Shown in pieces: positions 25,104 to 36,456 of a stretch of 64,000 nt of DNA. A program made the position numbers and the translations under genes. Each line of letters opens with the position of its first letter. The stretch's first letter is position 1. The DNA is from Zancudomyces culisetae HAW-14-8 (lineage: Eukaryota; Fungi; Kickxellomycota): the NCBI GenBank assembly GCA_052426225.1, contig JBNJNM010000013.1, forward strand, positions 1,240,001 through 1,304,000, written 5' to 3'. The notes under the pieces are model-generated. The model had not been told where the DNA came from, ran no database searches, and saw only the letters and a list, made by a program, of their open reading frames with translations.

Positions 25104-26574
25104 ATGGGGTACGAATGGAGCTATACGCGCTCATTCCTTAGTCAATTACACAGTTCCGTAGAAAATACTAATTCACAACGTCGCAATTTACCTGCAACAT
25201 TCAAGGGTAAATCTATACAAATATAAAAAACATTACAACTAAAATTCAAACATTTATTTTCAGTTCGTATAGTTTAAGCTTTATTTTTTATTCTATTGTT
25301 AAAGTAGAATTACAACTTAAAAAGAGAAAAAGGGATGAGGCATTCGAGAATGAAGATAGGTATGGTATTTTATGTTCCAATTCCAGCCGGAAACATAATT
25401 CAGACCTCAAAGGAAATGCGAATACAGATAAAGATATGTCCAACAACCTTACCATGCAAAAAAATTATATACTGATTTTAAATGTTGTTAAGCAGCTTGA
25501 AAACGGTGTTTTTGACAAAGTACTACGAGATAATCTCCATCTATTTCTGTCGCTTGGAAACCTTGAGGTAAGTTCGGTTTGTCTGCTTTATTTCATGAAT
25601 GACTTATTATATAGCATATTTTTTTATTATTTTATTCAAGAGTTGGTTCCTAACATCGGTTAACATTATTGATAATGTTTCATTGTAGTTAAGCTCGGTT
25701 TTAAAAGAAGGAATATCCTTTGAGAATGTACGTGAAGAGGTACTCATAAAGATTATGTGGTATCTCATAGACAGCACAGAAAGCTTTCGAGTTTCCAGCG
25801 TGATCATTTTTACAAAGTGTATTTCGCTTAGTTGGCTGGTCAAATGTCAAGTAGCCACTAGAGAGCTTCAGGACGTAATTTTGCGATTTGGGACAAACTT
25901 GCAGTTGATATTTATAGAAGGAATTGCAGTGCCTTTGCTTAGAGAGACAGGACTAAGTAATTTGTTATTTAATGTCAAGCTATACTTTCGTACAAACCGT
26001 AGGCGTTATCTAACAACGAAAATCTTGGTTTATTTGTAGAGCATGGAATGGGTAATTTAATTGCAGAAGTTTTGGTTCGATATGACTCGGATAGAACAAA
26101 TCAGTTTATTCTGTAAGCTAGATAAATTTTATGAACCGAATACATTCGGTGAACAGGTCTACACATTTTAAATCAATCTATACAATACAAGATAGTGTTC
26201 CAAACTAAAAAAATAATATTGCGAAAATTGATAGAAATTGGACCATGCACGAATCGTTTTCTACAAGACCAAAATGTTTAGATGTAGAAGTAGCTGTTAT
26301 TACAAAAGTATTGACTGCGAATGGGAGCCATGTAACAACACGCGGTGTTGGGTTACTCATTGAGCTACTTGTAAAAGTGCACGAGCATAATTTAGAATCC
26401 AAAAAATATGGGATGTTGATAGTATCAGTAGTGAAAACGTTCAAAAAAGGCATCACTTTAGATCAACTGAACGCATTACTTGGTGTCGCAAATAAACTCA
26501 AAACATTTTTCAAGCAGACTGCCAGCTCTGTAATCAACAATGAGCTAAAAAAACTTGAAAACAAATGTGCTTAG
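25104..26574 (+). CDS. Fanconi anemia group E (FANCE)-like protein, 5 exons, 347 aa
   Basis: Exons 25104-25206, 25308-25567, 25689-25956, 26040-26112, 26235-26574 splice in frame; KKRKR is NLS-like. C-terminus KYGMLIVSVVKTFKKGITLDQLNALLGVANKLKTFFKQTASSVI and internal ATRELQDVILRF..IAVPLL match my recollection of the FANCE C-terminal domain. Confidence 0.72.
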
Positions 26575-26770
26575 GTATTGTTTTTCCAGAATTGTTTATG
26601 ATACCGTTATCAGTATGTTTGCAATGGTTATTGTTACTTTTTATACCAAAATATACCAGCTTTAAAAAAATATTTTGATTAAACTCTTTTTGCTGAAAAT
26701 ACAAAAGTGGGATGTTCTTGTAAAAAAAAAACGCATATTAACGAATAAACGAAATCTAGATACGGGGTTT

Positions 26771-27547
26771 TCACATTTCCAAGGGGATCTTTTGGCCTTC
26801 AGGTGTTAAAATGTAAAACGAATCAGTTGTCCATACATTCGTAGAGAGGTCTTTTCTGTGGCATTTAAGATATAGGGTGCCTTCTCCTAGTTAACAAGAG
26901 AAAGATACAGTTAAAAAGATGAGGTCAAATAGTGCAAAAGATAATATAAAATAGCATTTAATGAACTTACTTTTGTTGGAACCCACAACCTTAAAGTAAA
27001 CATCAACATTTCCCTTGAGATTATTAACTACTCCATATACCTTAGTGTAGAAATTATTTGGAAAGTCCAACCCATGCCCATAAGCTTCGACTACTTCTTC
27101 GTTGTTTCTGGCAATAAACAGTGCTGCTGTAACAGCAGAGCTAGTCATTCTGGTGTCGTTGAAAAAATATTCTATGCATACCGCCCATGATAAACAAGCA
27201 AGTAGTGCGTAGGATGTGTACTTGTATATTTTTTTTCTTTTTTCGGCAAGCCTTGCTGCAGAATCTTGGGGGTTTTCGAATATATTATCTCGTCTTATTG
27301 CGAATGCAGGATTTTCATACCTAGCTTCGACTAGAGGAGTAGTGTCTTTTGACTGTTTTTGAGATTGATGCTCTATAGTTGAGTGGAATGAATTCACATG
27401 GACAGTTCCCAAATAATTGAACTTTTTCGTTACTTGGATCTTTGAAACTAAAATTGTCGAGCTTGCCAGAGGTCTTTTAAAGAAATTGCAATTGCTAATT
27501 GGGTTGCCTCTTTTAAATATAGACCCAAAACCGGTATTCAGATTCAT
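26771..27547 (-). CDS. COA1: Cytochrome c oxidase assembly factor Coa1, 2 exons, 230 aa
   Basis: Exons 27547-26971 and 26886-26771. Presequence, one TM, NDTRMTSSAVTAALFIARNNEEV, GVVNNLKGNVDVYFKVVGSNKREGTLYL..R....W. Confidence 0.8.
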
Positions 27548-28316
27548 TTTGACTAGATTCCTTGTTAAATGTTCTCAAGTTCTTGTGGATTGCTACTTAA
27601 ACTGTAGAGTTTTATAATTTGACGTTTCTTTGGGTTCTAAAAAAAAAATCAAATAAGATGACCTATACAAGATAAAGCGACCAAAAATTCAAACCAAATC
27701 GCAAATTAAAGGTGGTATTTCCAAAATCAAAAATATTCGAACATTTTGATTGTGGAAAAAATATAGCCTTCGCAAATTAATGCAAAGCTTCTACTCGTGT
27801 AATTATCTCAACTTGGTTCATTTGATTGGAAGCAATGGAAAGCATATTGCTTGGGATTTGGTGTAAAAATTCAAATGGGCTGGGTTTTTTTTTCGCTTTT
27901 ACATCTTTTTTTTTGGGAAGGAGGAACAAAAGAGGAATGGGCGAGTGTTTGGCTACCAAAGTTTAAGTAACATTAATTTCTGATGAGTCTAATAGCTTAC
28001 AAAGGACTGAAAGAGGGAAAAAAGCTATAAAAACCGAACAAAACACTAGCAAAGGGACGACAAATTTCGTAGCTTTATATCCTCTGGACCAAACAAAATA
28101 GAAGGGAGGTGGCGATAGTTATCATTGTATTTTTAATCAAAACTAGTCATGGAAGCTAGAGGTGTAAACTGTTTTTTCTAAATACTAAGGTCAAGTGGTT
28201 TTTGGAATTAGTGATAGGATATCTACACATCGAGTAGATATTTAGCAGCATTTACACTTCAATACATGGTAATACTCCAGTAGGGGATGATTACTTTATA
28301 ATTTTGCACACCAGAG

Positions 28317-29678
28317 ATGGATAAAATCATCAATGATTTCAGCAACGTTAAAGGTAGCAAGGATCGGATAGAGATTCTAAAAAGGCTTTGTGAGGAACTG
28401 AACTACTATGAGCGTACTATTGTTAAGAACCATCTTAATTCGGCAACAAATGGAAACTTTGATATATTGGGTGGCTTGGTACCTGAGCTGGTAGATGAAG
28501 TACTTAAATACTTTACAACAGACGAGTTGTTGGGCCTGAGATTTGTGTGCAGAAAATGGTATCAATTGGTAGATCATAGTTGTTACATCAGAGGAAGGCT
28601 CAAGAGAATAAAGCCAGAAGAAAGCAACGGAAATATAGCAGAGTATAATAAACAAAAGAGATGGGAAAATGCGACACCAATGAAATGGAGGAACGAAATG
28701 GGTAACTGTTCTTCTACTGGCAATAATGGTGGTGATGGTTTCTATTACAAGAGGAAACTAGAAATGCTAAGGGAAGGTGAAAGAATAAAGCATGTATGTC
28801 TAAAAGAAAAATATATGCTGGTGGGATATAATACAACTAAAATAAGAGTATACGAGCTCAAGAAAGAAAGGGGAGTGATGCAAAAGAGGCTGGAGAAGAT
28901 TAGCAACACCCCGATTTATTCTGATATATGCGAAAAAGCAAAAGTGGTAGTAGTCGTATGTTTCTGTAGAGAGGTACGAGTGTATAGTATAGAAACAGGC
29001 GAAACAAAGTACGAAAGTATAGTTGAAAGTGTGGCAGTGTCAGCAGTGAGCATAAGTGGAGACATACTTGTCATCGGAAAATGTAACGGTGTTGTCGAGC
29101 TGGTGGATTGGAGAAACAAGAAGAGGATAAAGAGTTTAAAGATGTTTGAAGAGGAGGAAGTTAGAGCGACAGGGCTGGTGGAAATTGGGGGTGCGGCGAA
29201 AGGAGTTACAACTATAGACGTGGTGGCGGTATCACTAACAACACTCAAAATTCAACAGCTAAAAAACGGATTGCATGAAATGGAAAGCTACAGTAAAACG
29301 CTGCCTATAACACCAACAATAGGTCCACCGAGTTTAGGAATATGGCAGCTTTCTGGTGCAGTGGGATCGTATTTAATATTGATTCAATTTAAAGGAATAT
29401 GTGTCCGATACCAAAAAATAAATAATATACAGAAAATAGAGTTTATCTACACAGGGATGTTAGGAAGTTACTGTGTCTATCCATATCGGATAATCAGTCC
29501 ATTAAATATCAATAAAGATTCGCTAAGTATTCACACAATTGGCAGCACAATCGAACCGATCAAGAATTATGGGAGTGTACTTGAAATCAATGAACCAATA
29601 GTGCTAGCCCGATGCAACGATAGATTTCTGGTGGTAGTTACAGACCAGGGAAAAAATCTTCAGTATTACGTGTTCTAA
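28317..29678 (+). CDS. F-box protein with divergent WD40-like beta-propeller
   Basis: F-box FDILGGLVPELVDEVLKYFTTDELLGLRFVCRKWYQLV followed by a beta-rich region (VIGKCNGVVELVDWR). Confidence 0.8.
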   Translation: MDKIINDFSNVKGSKDRIEILKRLCEELNYYERTIVKNHLNSATNGNFDILGGLVPELVDEVLKYFTTDELLGLRFVCRKWYQLVDHSCYIRGRLKRIKPEESNGNIAEYNKQKRWENATPMKWRNEMGNCSSTGNNGGDGFYYKRKLEMLREGERIKHVCLKEKYMLVGYNTTKIRVYELKKERGVMQKRLEKISNTPIYSDICEKAKVVVVVCFCREVRVYSIETGETKYESIVESVAVSAVSISGDILVIGKCNGVVELVDWRNKKRIKSLKMFEEEEVRATGLVEIGGAAKGVTTIDVVAVSLTTLKIQQLKNGLHEMESYSKTLPITPTIGPPSLGIWQLSGAVGSYLILIQFKGICVRYQKINNIQKIEFIYTGMLGSYCVYPYRIISPLNINKDSLSIHTIGSTIEPIKNYGSVLEINEPIVLARCNDRFLVVVTDQGKNLQYYVF

Positions 29679-29697
29679 GCTTTGATGGTTGTAGTTT

Positions 29698-31095
29698 TCA
29701 TTTATAGTGCCCTTTGGTGTCCGCCATATCCATTAACTTTGAATACGATGTATGATTTGATTTGTCTAAATGCTGACCAAAGCCAATGGTATCCAAAAAG
29801 CCCCAGAAATCAATTCCCTTTTGAAACTTTTCTTCGATTGTTGCCAATTTTAGAAACAAGTCTATAGTTTTGTTGTCAATTATGGGGCGAGAATTTTTCC
29901 CGCCGCCCAGCTGATCAAGAGAAAGGTTTCGAAGTAGAGGTGGTTTGACAAGCTTTTCTTTCTTGTTGCCGTGCTTAAAGGTATTTGTTTCCATAAATAC
30001 TGAGTAAACTTCGTTAAGTATTTTGGTTACTTGCTTTGAACCTTTCCCTCTATAGATGGAATAGTTTATCCCACTACTTAACAATGTGTTTATCAGCATC
30101 GAATCAAGCTCTAGCGGTTTGAGAAGTTTTTTGTTGGAGTTTTTTAGTGTGCCTTTATAGTTATTCTTAGCCTTGTATTTGAGAAGTACCCTGTCATTAT
30201 ACTGTTGCCGATTTTGATAGTCGAGCACAAAATCTTTCCATACATTTATGATGGTGTCCAAAATAGCATTTGCTCCATTATCACTGCTTTCACTGGTGGG
30301 GAGTTTTTCCTTAGTACTGGCGAGTACTTTGCCACACATCTTTCTATAATGGTATTTAATAACAGTGGTATATGTTATCATATCTGCTAAAGAGGCAAGT
30401 ACTCTGGGATCTTTCTTTTGAATATGCTTCTCATTAATTGTTATTGGGATTCCTCTATATAGTTGCTCCATGGCAAATGCACAGTCATTTATGGCATAAA
30501 TTAACAGCATCGCATTTGTGTTTATTATCGACACGGGTGTACCAAAATCCTCGACGATCTTATCGTATATCTGTCTTGCCATGCTTACCGCTCGTGGATG
30601 CTTGCTTTTTGAGTAACATATCAACAAACTATTATAGCTTGTTTCTGTAGGTTCGAATCCTCTTTTCTTTATCTCTCTGAACGCTCTTGTCGCTTGATCT
30701 GTATTTCCTAATTTCCCATGCTCTACAATAATTCTATTCCAAAGAACCACAGATTGGCTTTTGCTGCTATACTTTGTTGGAAGCGAAAAGGCCTCGTCAT
30801 ATTCTTTATTTGCGATCAAACGATCAAACTTTTCTACCAGCAAGTATGGGTCCGTATGCAGCTTTCTACCAATATTCGTAGGCGTCACTGGATTCATCTT
30901 TTCTATATCTTCAGGTGCTGCATTTTCCTCGCTTTTTTCGCTCCGGTCGATTTTATTTTTTTTTGCCAAGGGTGCTGATTGTGATTTGGGTATTTTTATG
31001 GCTGGTACAGCGAAATTTGCCACCTGTCTTTTGAGGGTGGTGCTGATGAACTTACTGTTGACCAGCAAAGGCCTTAATTGTCTCAATTTTAGCAT
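29698..31095 (-). CDS. Mitochondrial PPR protein
   Basis: Arg/Leu-rich presequence; canonical PPR motif VVLWNRIIVEHGKLGNTDQATRAFREIKKRGFEPTETSYNSLLICYSK, then ADMITYTTVI. Confidence 0.88.
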   Translation of the reverse strand: MLKLRQLRPLLVNSKFISTTLKRQVANFAVPAIKIPKSQSAPLAKKNKIDRSEKSEENAAPEDIEKMNPVTPTNIGRKLHTDPYLLVEKFDRLIANKEYDEAFSLPTKYSSKSQSVVLWNRIIVEHGKLGNTDQATRAFREIKKRGFEPTETSYNSLLICYSKSKHPRAVSMARQIYDKIVEDFGTPVSIINTNAMLLIYAINDCAFAMEQLYRGIPITINEKHIQKKDPRVLASLADMITYTTVIKYHYRKMCGKVLASTKEKLPTSESSDNGANAILDTIINVWKDFVLDYQNRQQYNDRVLLKYKAKNNYKGTLKNSNKKLLKPLELDSMLINTLLSSGINYSIYRGKGSKQVTKILNEVYSVFMETNTFKHGNKKEKLVKPPLLRNLSLDQLGGGKNSRPIIDNKTIDLFLKLATIEEKFQKGIDFWGFLDTIGFGQHLDKSNHTSYSKLMDMADTKGHYK

Positions 31096-32157
31096 TATTG
31101 TATTCGAAATCTCTATATCATCAATTTAGGTGAACTAATTTGATATAATATCTGTTCGGCAAACTTACAAAGCTTAGTTTCTATCTGAAAATTTTTTCTT
31201 TTACAACTCGGGTAATATAGTAATAGTGAATTTATCAATCATTAATATTTGATTAAAATTTTTTTTAGTAATAATATTATTATATCATACCAGCTTCATT
31301 AAATTGGTGGGTTCATATCTTCACATTGGCGTTGTATCTGATGTGGCTACAATGTTATTGGCGCCGTTTTCAAAAGAGCAAAAAAGCGGGAGGGAGGGGG
31401 AAGAGGTATTGATGTTTTCTCGCACCATCTGGTTTATATTGTATTAAAATCGTATTACTACAGTTAAAAGCTGGTATAGTTGTGTCTTCGTAAAATAAAG
31501 CAGCACTTTCCAGAAGATAAATGATATGGTGGGACGTTTTTTTTAGGTATTGATGTCAAAAGCCTCACCCCCCCAAAATATAGGAGGGGATACCATCCTA
31601 ATTTATTACCTCGGGTTATGCTATATATAAATAAGCAGTACTTTTATAGAAATACCTGGGTAGGGTGAATGGGTATTCTAGATACTACTACTATCTACTT
31701 GATACTTTCAATAAAAGATCAAAACCCTTCCTTGGCTCCTTTGCTCTTGGTTAAGTAGCCACTTTTGCAAATCCAAAATAAATCGGCGGGAATAGTTAAT
31801 CAACGGAAACCCAATTCAAGCCAAGTAAATTGTTTGATAAAACATATAAACAAATAAGTAAACGTAAATACAATGTTTAGTTAAAAAAAAGAGGACCAAA
31901 AACATCTGATAAAAGTTACTTTGATACACAAGCTTCTTTTATAGACACAAATTCCAGCTTTTATTTATTTACTACTTGTATCCCCAATATAAGGCAGAGG
32001 TAAATTCCACAATAAACACAGGTGTAGGTAAAAACAGTAAATAAAAGCAAAGCAGAAACCGAAACTGAGGAAGAAGCGAAAGCGAAAAACGTCAACGTCA
32101 ACGTCAACAAAAACGAAACTGAAAACGAAAACGTGAAAACCAAACCAGCGTTCTTAA

Positions 32158-33459
32158 ATGTTCGAAATACGAGCTTATAAAAACTGGATACGATATGTTA
32201 CGCATTTGCTACGATATAATCATGTAACAATGACAATTCCCGCCGAGAATTCGTCAATCCATAATGCCAACAAATTCCACAACAATTCCTCGGTTTCAAC
32301 TATCCAGTATAGTTTAACAAATTCAATGTTTTATCCTGATGTGTTTTTATCACCACAACCCCGCTTCAATTCGCAATTAGACTTGTCGACACGGAATCTG
32401 CCGTGTGTATTGTTTCTACACGGATCGCATCCCGGGGGATTTGATACCAGTCGATTTATGGCAAGTGGGTTTGCACACGCTTCCAACACAAAGTTGTTAG
32501 CCACAGATGGGTATGGTATGGGAGGCAATAATCTGGTTCCTTTCAGCCTACTTAATGTTTCACGACCCGGGTATTTAGAATCCTCTCTAAATTTTGACAA
32601 CACTTTTAATTCCGAGGCGCTAGGGTTGATCCGCCTGCTTGACAAGCTAAGTATCAAATCTATAAGAATTGTCGCCTTGGACTCTTCATCGTTGCTAGCG
32701 ATGGAGCTGGCCTCGATTCCATATTTTCGTGAAAGAGTGAAATCACTAGTACTAATCAACCCAATCACATCATTTAACCCTTATTCCGACTATCTAAAAT
32801 TCATAAAACTTTTGTTTGCACCTTCAATTATACAAAACTTGAAAACATACTATGGAAGCTATCGAAATGCAAGGAATTACCACAAAAAGGGTACATATTC
32901 TCTACTAAACGATAAAGCTCAATCTAAGGCGCATCAAGACCACGAGCTTGGCGGCAACGACGAAAATACCTCCAAAACACTGTTGAAACGCAAACGATTT
33001 TTTTCTTCACATTCTCCAGACAACAATACCTATGAAAGCCGGATTTCAAAGCTGGTTTCTCTACATTGTGGCGAACTCGCAGCGACAGAAATGCATAGCG
33101 ACAACTTTTTGTACCACAACTACCTGAACTTACCCGTATTGTTTTCCCAAAACGAGTCTCGAAAACTTGGAATTAAATCCGATTTTATTAAGCTGGGCCA
33201 CTTTTTTGACGATAGCGCAGCTGTAAAAAGACAATGGAAGTTTATTAAATCACCGATCTGTTGCATAACTACATCAACTGCTGGTGCTACGGATGAACAA
33301 ATAAACACCAACATCGAGAAGGTCAAATTGTCCATTTTAAACAATGTTCAATCAAACACAGTAGAATTCCACCATGTAAAAGGTGGAGGTGTTTCCTTGT
33401 ATCCGCTGAGTAGAGTCAGTAACATAGCACTGGAGTTTGTCAACGCCTTTGGTCTCTAG
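32158..33459 (+). CDS. Alpha/beta-hydrolase fold protein with degenerate active site
   Basis: VLFLHGSHPGGFD, VSRPGYLES, LLDKLSIKSIRIVALDSSSLLAMELA, RVKSLVLINP. Intronless, 433 aa. Confidence 0.75.
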   Translation: MFEIRAYKNWIRYVTHLLRYNHVTMTIPAENSSIHNANKFHNNSSVSTIQYSLTNSMFYPDVFLSPQPRFNSQLDLSTRNLPCVLFLHGSHPGGFDTSRFMASGFAHASNTKLLATDGYGMGGNNLVPFSLLNVSRPGYLESSLNFDNTFNSEALGLIRLLDKLSIKSIRIVALDSSSLLAMELASIPYFRERVKSLVLINPITSFNPYSDYLKFIKLLFAPSIIQNLKTYYGSYRNARNYHKKGTYSLLNDKAQSKAHQDHELGGNDENTSKTLLKRKRFFSSHSPDNNTYESRISKLVSLHCGELAATEMHSDNFLYHNYLNLPVLFSQNESRKLGIKSDFIKLGHFFDDSAAVKRQWKFIKSPICCITTSTAGATDEQINTNIEKVKLSILNNVQSNTVEFHHVKGGGVSLYPLSRVSNIALEFVNAFGL

Positions 33460-35408
33460 CCAACTTCTCACTGTGCTTTTTATTTCATTATTTATTCAAC
33501 AAAGGTTTCATATACATTTTTTTGCAACTTTGTATCATTAGAGATAAACAATAAACTGCGTATTCTTCATTATGCAAGATATCGATACAATTTAAGCTTA
33601 GTGAATCTGTGGTATTTTCAGAAAAGCATAAGACATGATTCTTTTTTTTTCTTCCGAGTAACCTTTTGAATATAATTTTTCCTTCTCTGTCTCGCATGTT
33701 TTGGAAACCACTTTCTATTTTTATTTGTTGTTGCTGATATGGTAATTTGTAGGAATATTCTCTTGCACTTTTGAACATAATAAACGACACAATAAGGAGG
33801 GTTAGGTGGTTCGGTTTCAAGCCAGGATGAAGCGATATATTTTTGATCCATAGCATTTAATAACTGGGCATCTTCCAATCCCCTCAACCTTAAAAATAAA
33901 CACATACGTAAAACAGAAAATGATAATAAAGCGGGCTCAACGTAATGGGAAACCATATCGGTGGTACACTTAGACAATTGAAACCAAATCAGAACATTTA
34001 TCGAAACTTTGGGTTACAGCTATTAAGCTTTTGGCAGTTTTTTCGAAGATACATTTTCTGTCAAGTAAACGAAATATCTTTTTGCAATTTAAAAGACATT
34101 TTGAGCATTACCATTCAAAACCAATAAATAGAATCAATCGATTTTTTTTTGGCAAATGAGAAGAGAGAGACAAGAAGTGAGCTAGTTTGTTCACCAGAGA
34201 ATTATCGAGAAGACATGGTAGATTGACATAGCTTACAACTAGTAAAAAAAAATCAAACGATTTTTTTGAAAGAATGGTTTCTCTATCTTCAAAACATACA
34301 AAAGTATGTGCCTATTTGGGTTAATATTATACCAACTGGTGAGTTGCTACCATCCAGTAGATAGAAAATGCAAACAAGTGTCTACTAGTGGGTTGTATTT
34401 TTTCCTTTTTTTCTTTTTTCGTTGTCAATTTTGTTATCAGAGTACGTAAAGCTTGGTCATTTTAATAAGGAAAGTTTGATCTTTGTTAGCCAAAAGCGGT
34501 GAATGAATATGTATAGATTGGATCGCGTTTATACACCAGGAATGAGAAAACAGAGAAATGAGTAACGAATGCTTGGGTACAGAATTCTCGTTTATACAAC
34601 AAGACATTTTATTCAACTTCTTTGTATATCAGTTGATTTTAATAGCACAAGCTAATTCTAACCTGGAATGTCTTTGTTTAAAACATTTTTGATCAGGAGA
34701 TTTTGCAAACAAAAAAAAATTGGTGAATGGCAAAGGCAGGGTTACTAAAAAAAAAATTATGAACAGGTTTTATCACTAATCAGAATATTATATTCGTGGT
34801 CGAAGTATCAAAAAATGAAGCTATTTTTCAATTTTTTACACCATAATTTTTTGATGATTTTGTAACAGATGAACATACCAATAAAATATTGGCGAATGAA
34901 GCAAGGCTATAATGAAAATTGATGTAATAATTTCTCACGAATTCTCAAAATTGTAGATAAGCATTTCAATAAAAACAACATTTAAAAAAATCAACAATAG
35001 TAAATAATCATATGCAAACACATGGAAAAAGAACTCACAATAAACTAGTGGGTAAAACTGTGGCAAGTGGGTGGAAACAAATTTAGAAAAAACATGAAAA
35101 AAAAGCAGGGTGGTGAGGGCAGAGATTATCAATAGCGTATAAGCCTGGGCAACAGTGGTCATATCTAAACAGTCGTTTCCATCAAAAGTTTTTCTAAACT
35201 AGCAATTTATTATTGTTTACAAGTGCAATCCTGTATTTTTTTTTAAAAAAAAGAAAAACTTGTCTGTAAACATCTAAGGGTATTTCAAGAAACTATAAAG
35301 TTTTCACCTGTACAGCCAAACAACAAAAGCTAATATATAATCTTGTTGAAATATTTAGCTAAATAACTGACACTCGAAGAAAAGAGAAAAAGGAAAAGGA
35401 ACAGGAAA

Positions 35409-36323
35409 ATGGCAGCAAAACTAGAAGCAAAGAAACCAATAACATCGGCGAACCTGCCATTCATGTACCAATTTACAGCAGGAGGATTAGCAGGTCTAAC
35501 AGAAATAGCAGTGATGTACCCACTTGATGTTGTAAAGACAAGATTCCAACTGCAGGTCGGAACTGGACCAGGACAATACACATCGATTGCAGATGCATTC
35601 AAAAGAATTATCAAAGAAGAAGGATTCTCCAGGTTGTATAGAGGAATCCTTCCACCCATGTTGGTAGAGGCACCAAAGAGAGCAATCAAATTTGCCGCCA
35701 ATGACCAGTACGGAAAGTTCTTTTTGAAGAAGTTTGGTATGGAAAAGGTGACACAGCCAATAGCTGTGCTTACAGGTGTGTGTGCTGGTTTGACTGAAGC
35801 AGCAATTGTATGTGTTCCTGAATTGTTGAAGATTCGCTTGCAATCGAAGGAGTACGGAAGCAAGTATAACGGAACAATGGATGTGGTTAGAAAGATAACA
35901 CAGGAAGAAGGAGCAATGGCTTTATTCAATGGTTTGGAATCAACACTTTGGAGACACGGTTTGTGGAGCGGAGCATACTTTGGATGTATTTACCTGATCA
36001 AGGACATGTTGCCAAAACCAACTGACAAGAAGAGCGAATTGTTGCTCAACTTTGTAGCAGGAACAATCGGAGGAACCATTGGAACAACAATCAACACACC
36101 AGCAGATGTGGTCAAGACTAGAATGCAAGCATATGTTCCTGCAATGGGTCCTAAGCCATATAACTCCTACTTTGGAGGATGCGCACACATCTTCAAGACC
36201 GAAGGATTTGCAGCATTGTACAAGGGATACGTGCCCAAGGTACTGAGATTGGGTCCAGGTGGTGGTATCTTGTTGGTCGTATACGACAAAATTACTGCCT
36301 TTATGATCAGCCGTCTTCAATAA
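35409..36323 (+). CDS. ODC1: Mitochondrial 2-oxodicarboxylate carrier (SLC25A21 / Odc1-2 type)
   Basis: Three PX[DE]XX[KR] repeats (PLDVVKTR, PELLKIR, PADVVKTR); VEAPKRAIKF, RHGLW, KVLRLGPGGGILL typical of ODC. Confidence 0.93.
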   Translation: MAAKLEAKKPITSANLPFMYQFTAGGLAGLTEIAVMYPLDVVKTRFQLQVGTGPGQYTSIADAFKRIIKEEGFSRLYRGILPPMLVEAPKRAIKFAANDQYGKFFLKKFGMEKVTQPIAVLTGVCAGLTEAAIVCVPELLKIRLQSKEYGSKYNGTMDVVRKITQEEGAMALFNGLESTLWRHGLWSGAYFGCIYLIKDMLPKPTDKKSELLLNFVAGTIGGTIGTTINTPADVVKTRMQAYVPAMGPKPYNSYFGGCAHIFKTEGFAALYKGYVPKVLRLGPGGGILLVVYDKITAFMISRLQ

Positions 36324-36456
36324 ATTTATCTTTATTTTTTATTTCTATAGTTATAACAATTGGTTTTACGCTTTTCTTTTTCTTACTTTTTTTTTGTTAG
36401 TATTTCAAAACTAATAATAAGAAAAGAAAGGAAGGGGGAGGGGGGAAAGTCAAATC

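Noticed and set aside
32020-32157. Charged protein-like repeat stretch upstream of the hydrolase
   Set aside because: Out of frame with the CDS and soon terminated; likely UTR microsatellites.
33488-34127. Overlapping 119-122 aa minus-strand ORFs
   Set aside because: Could not build a phase-consistent spliced model or identify motifs.
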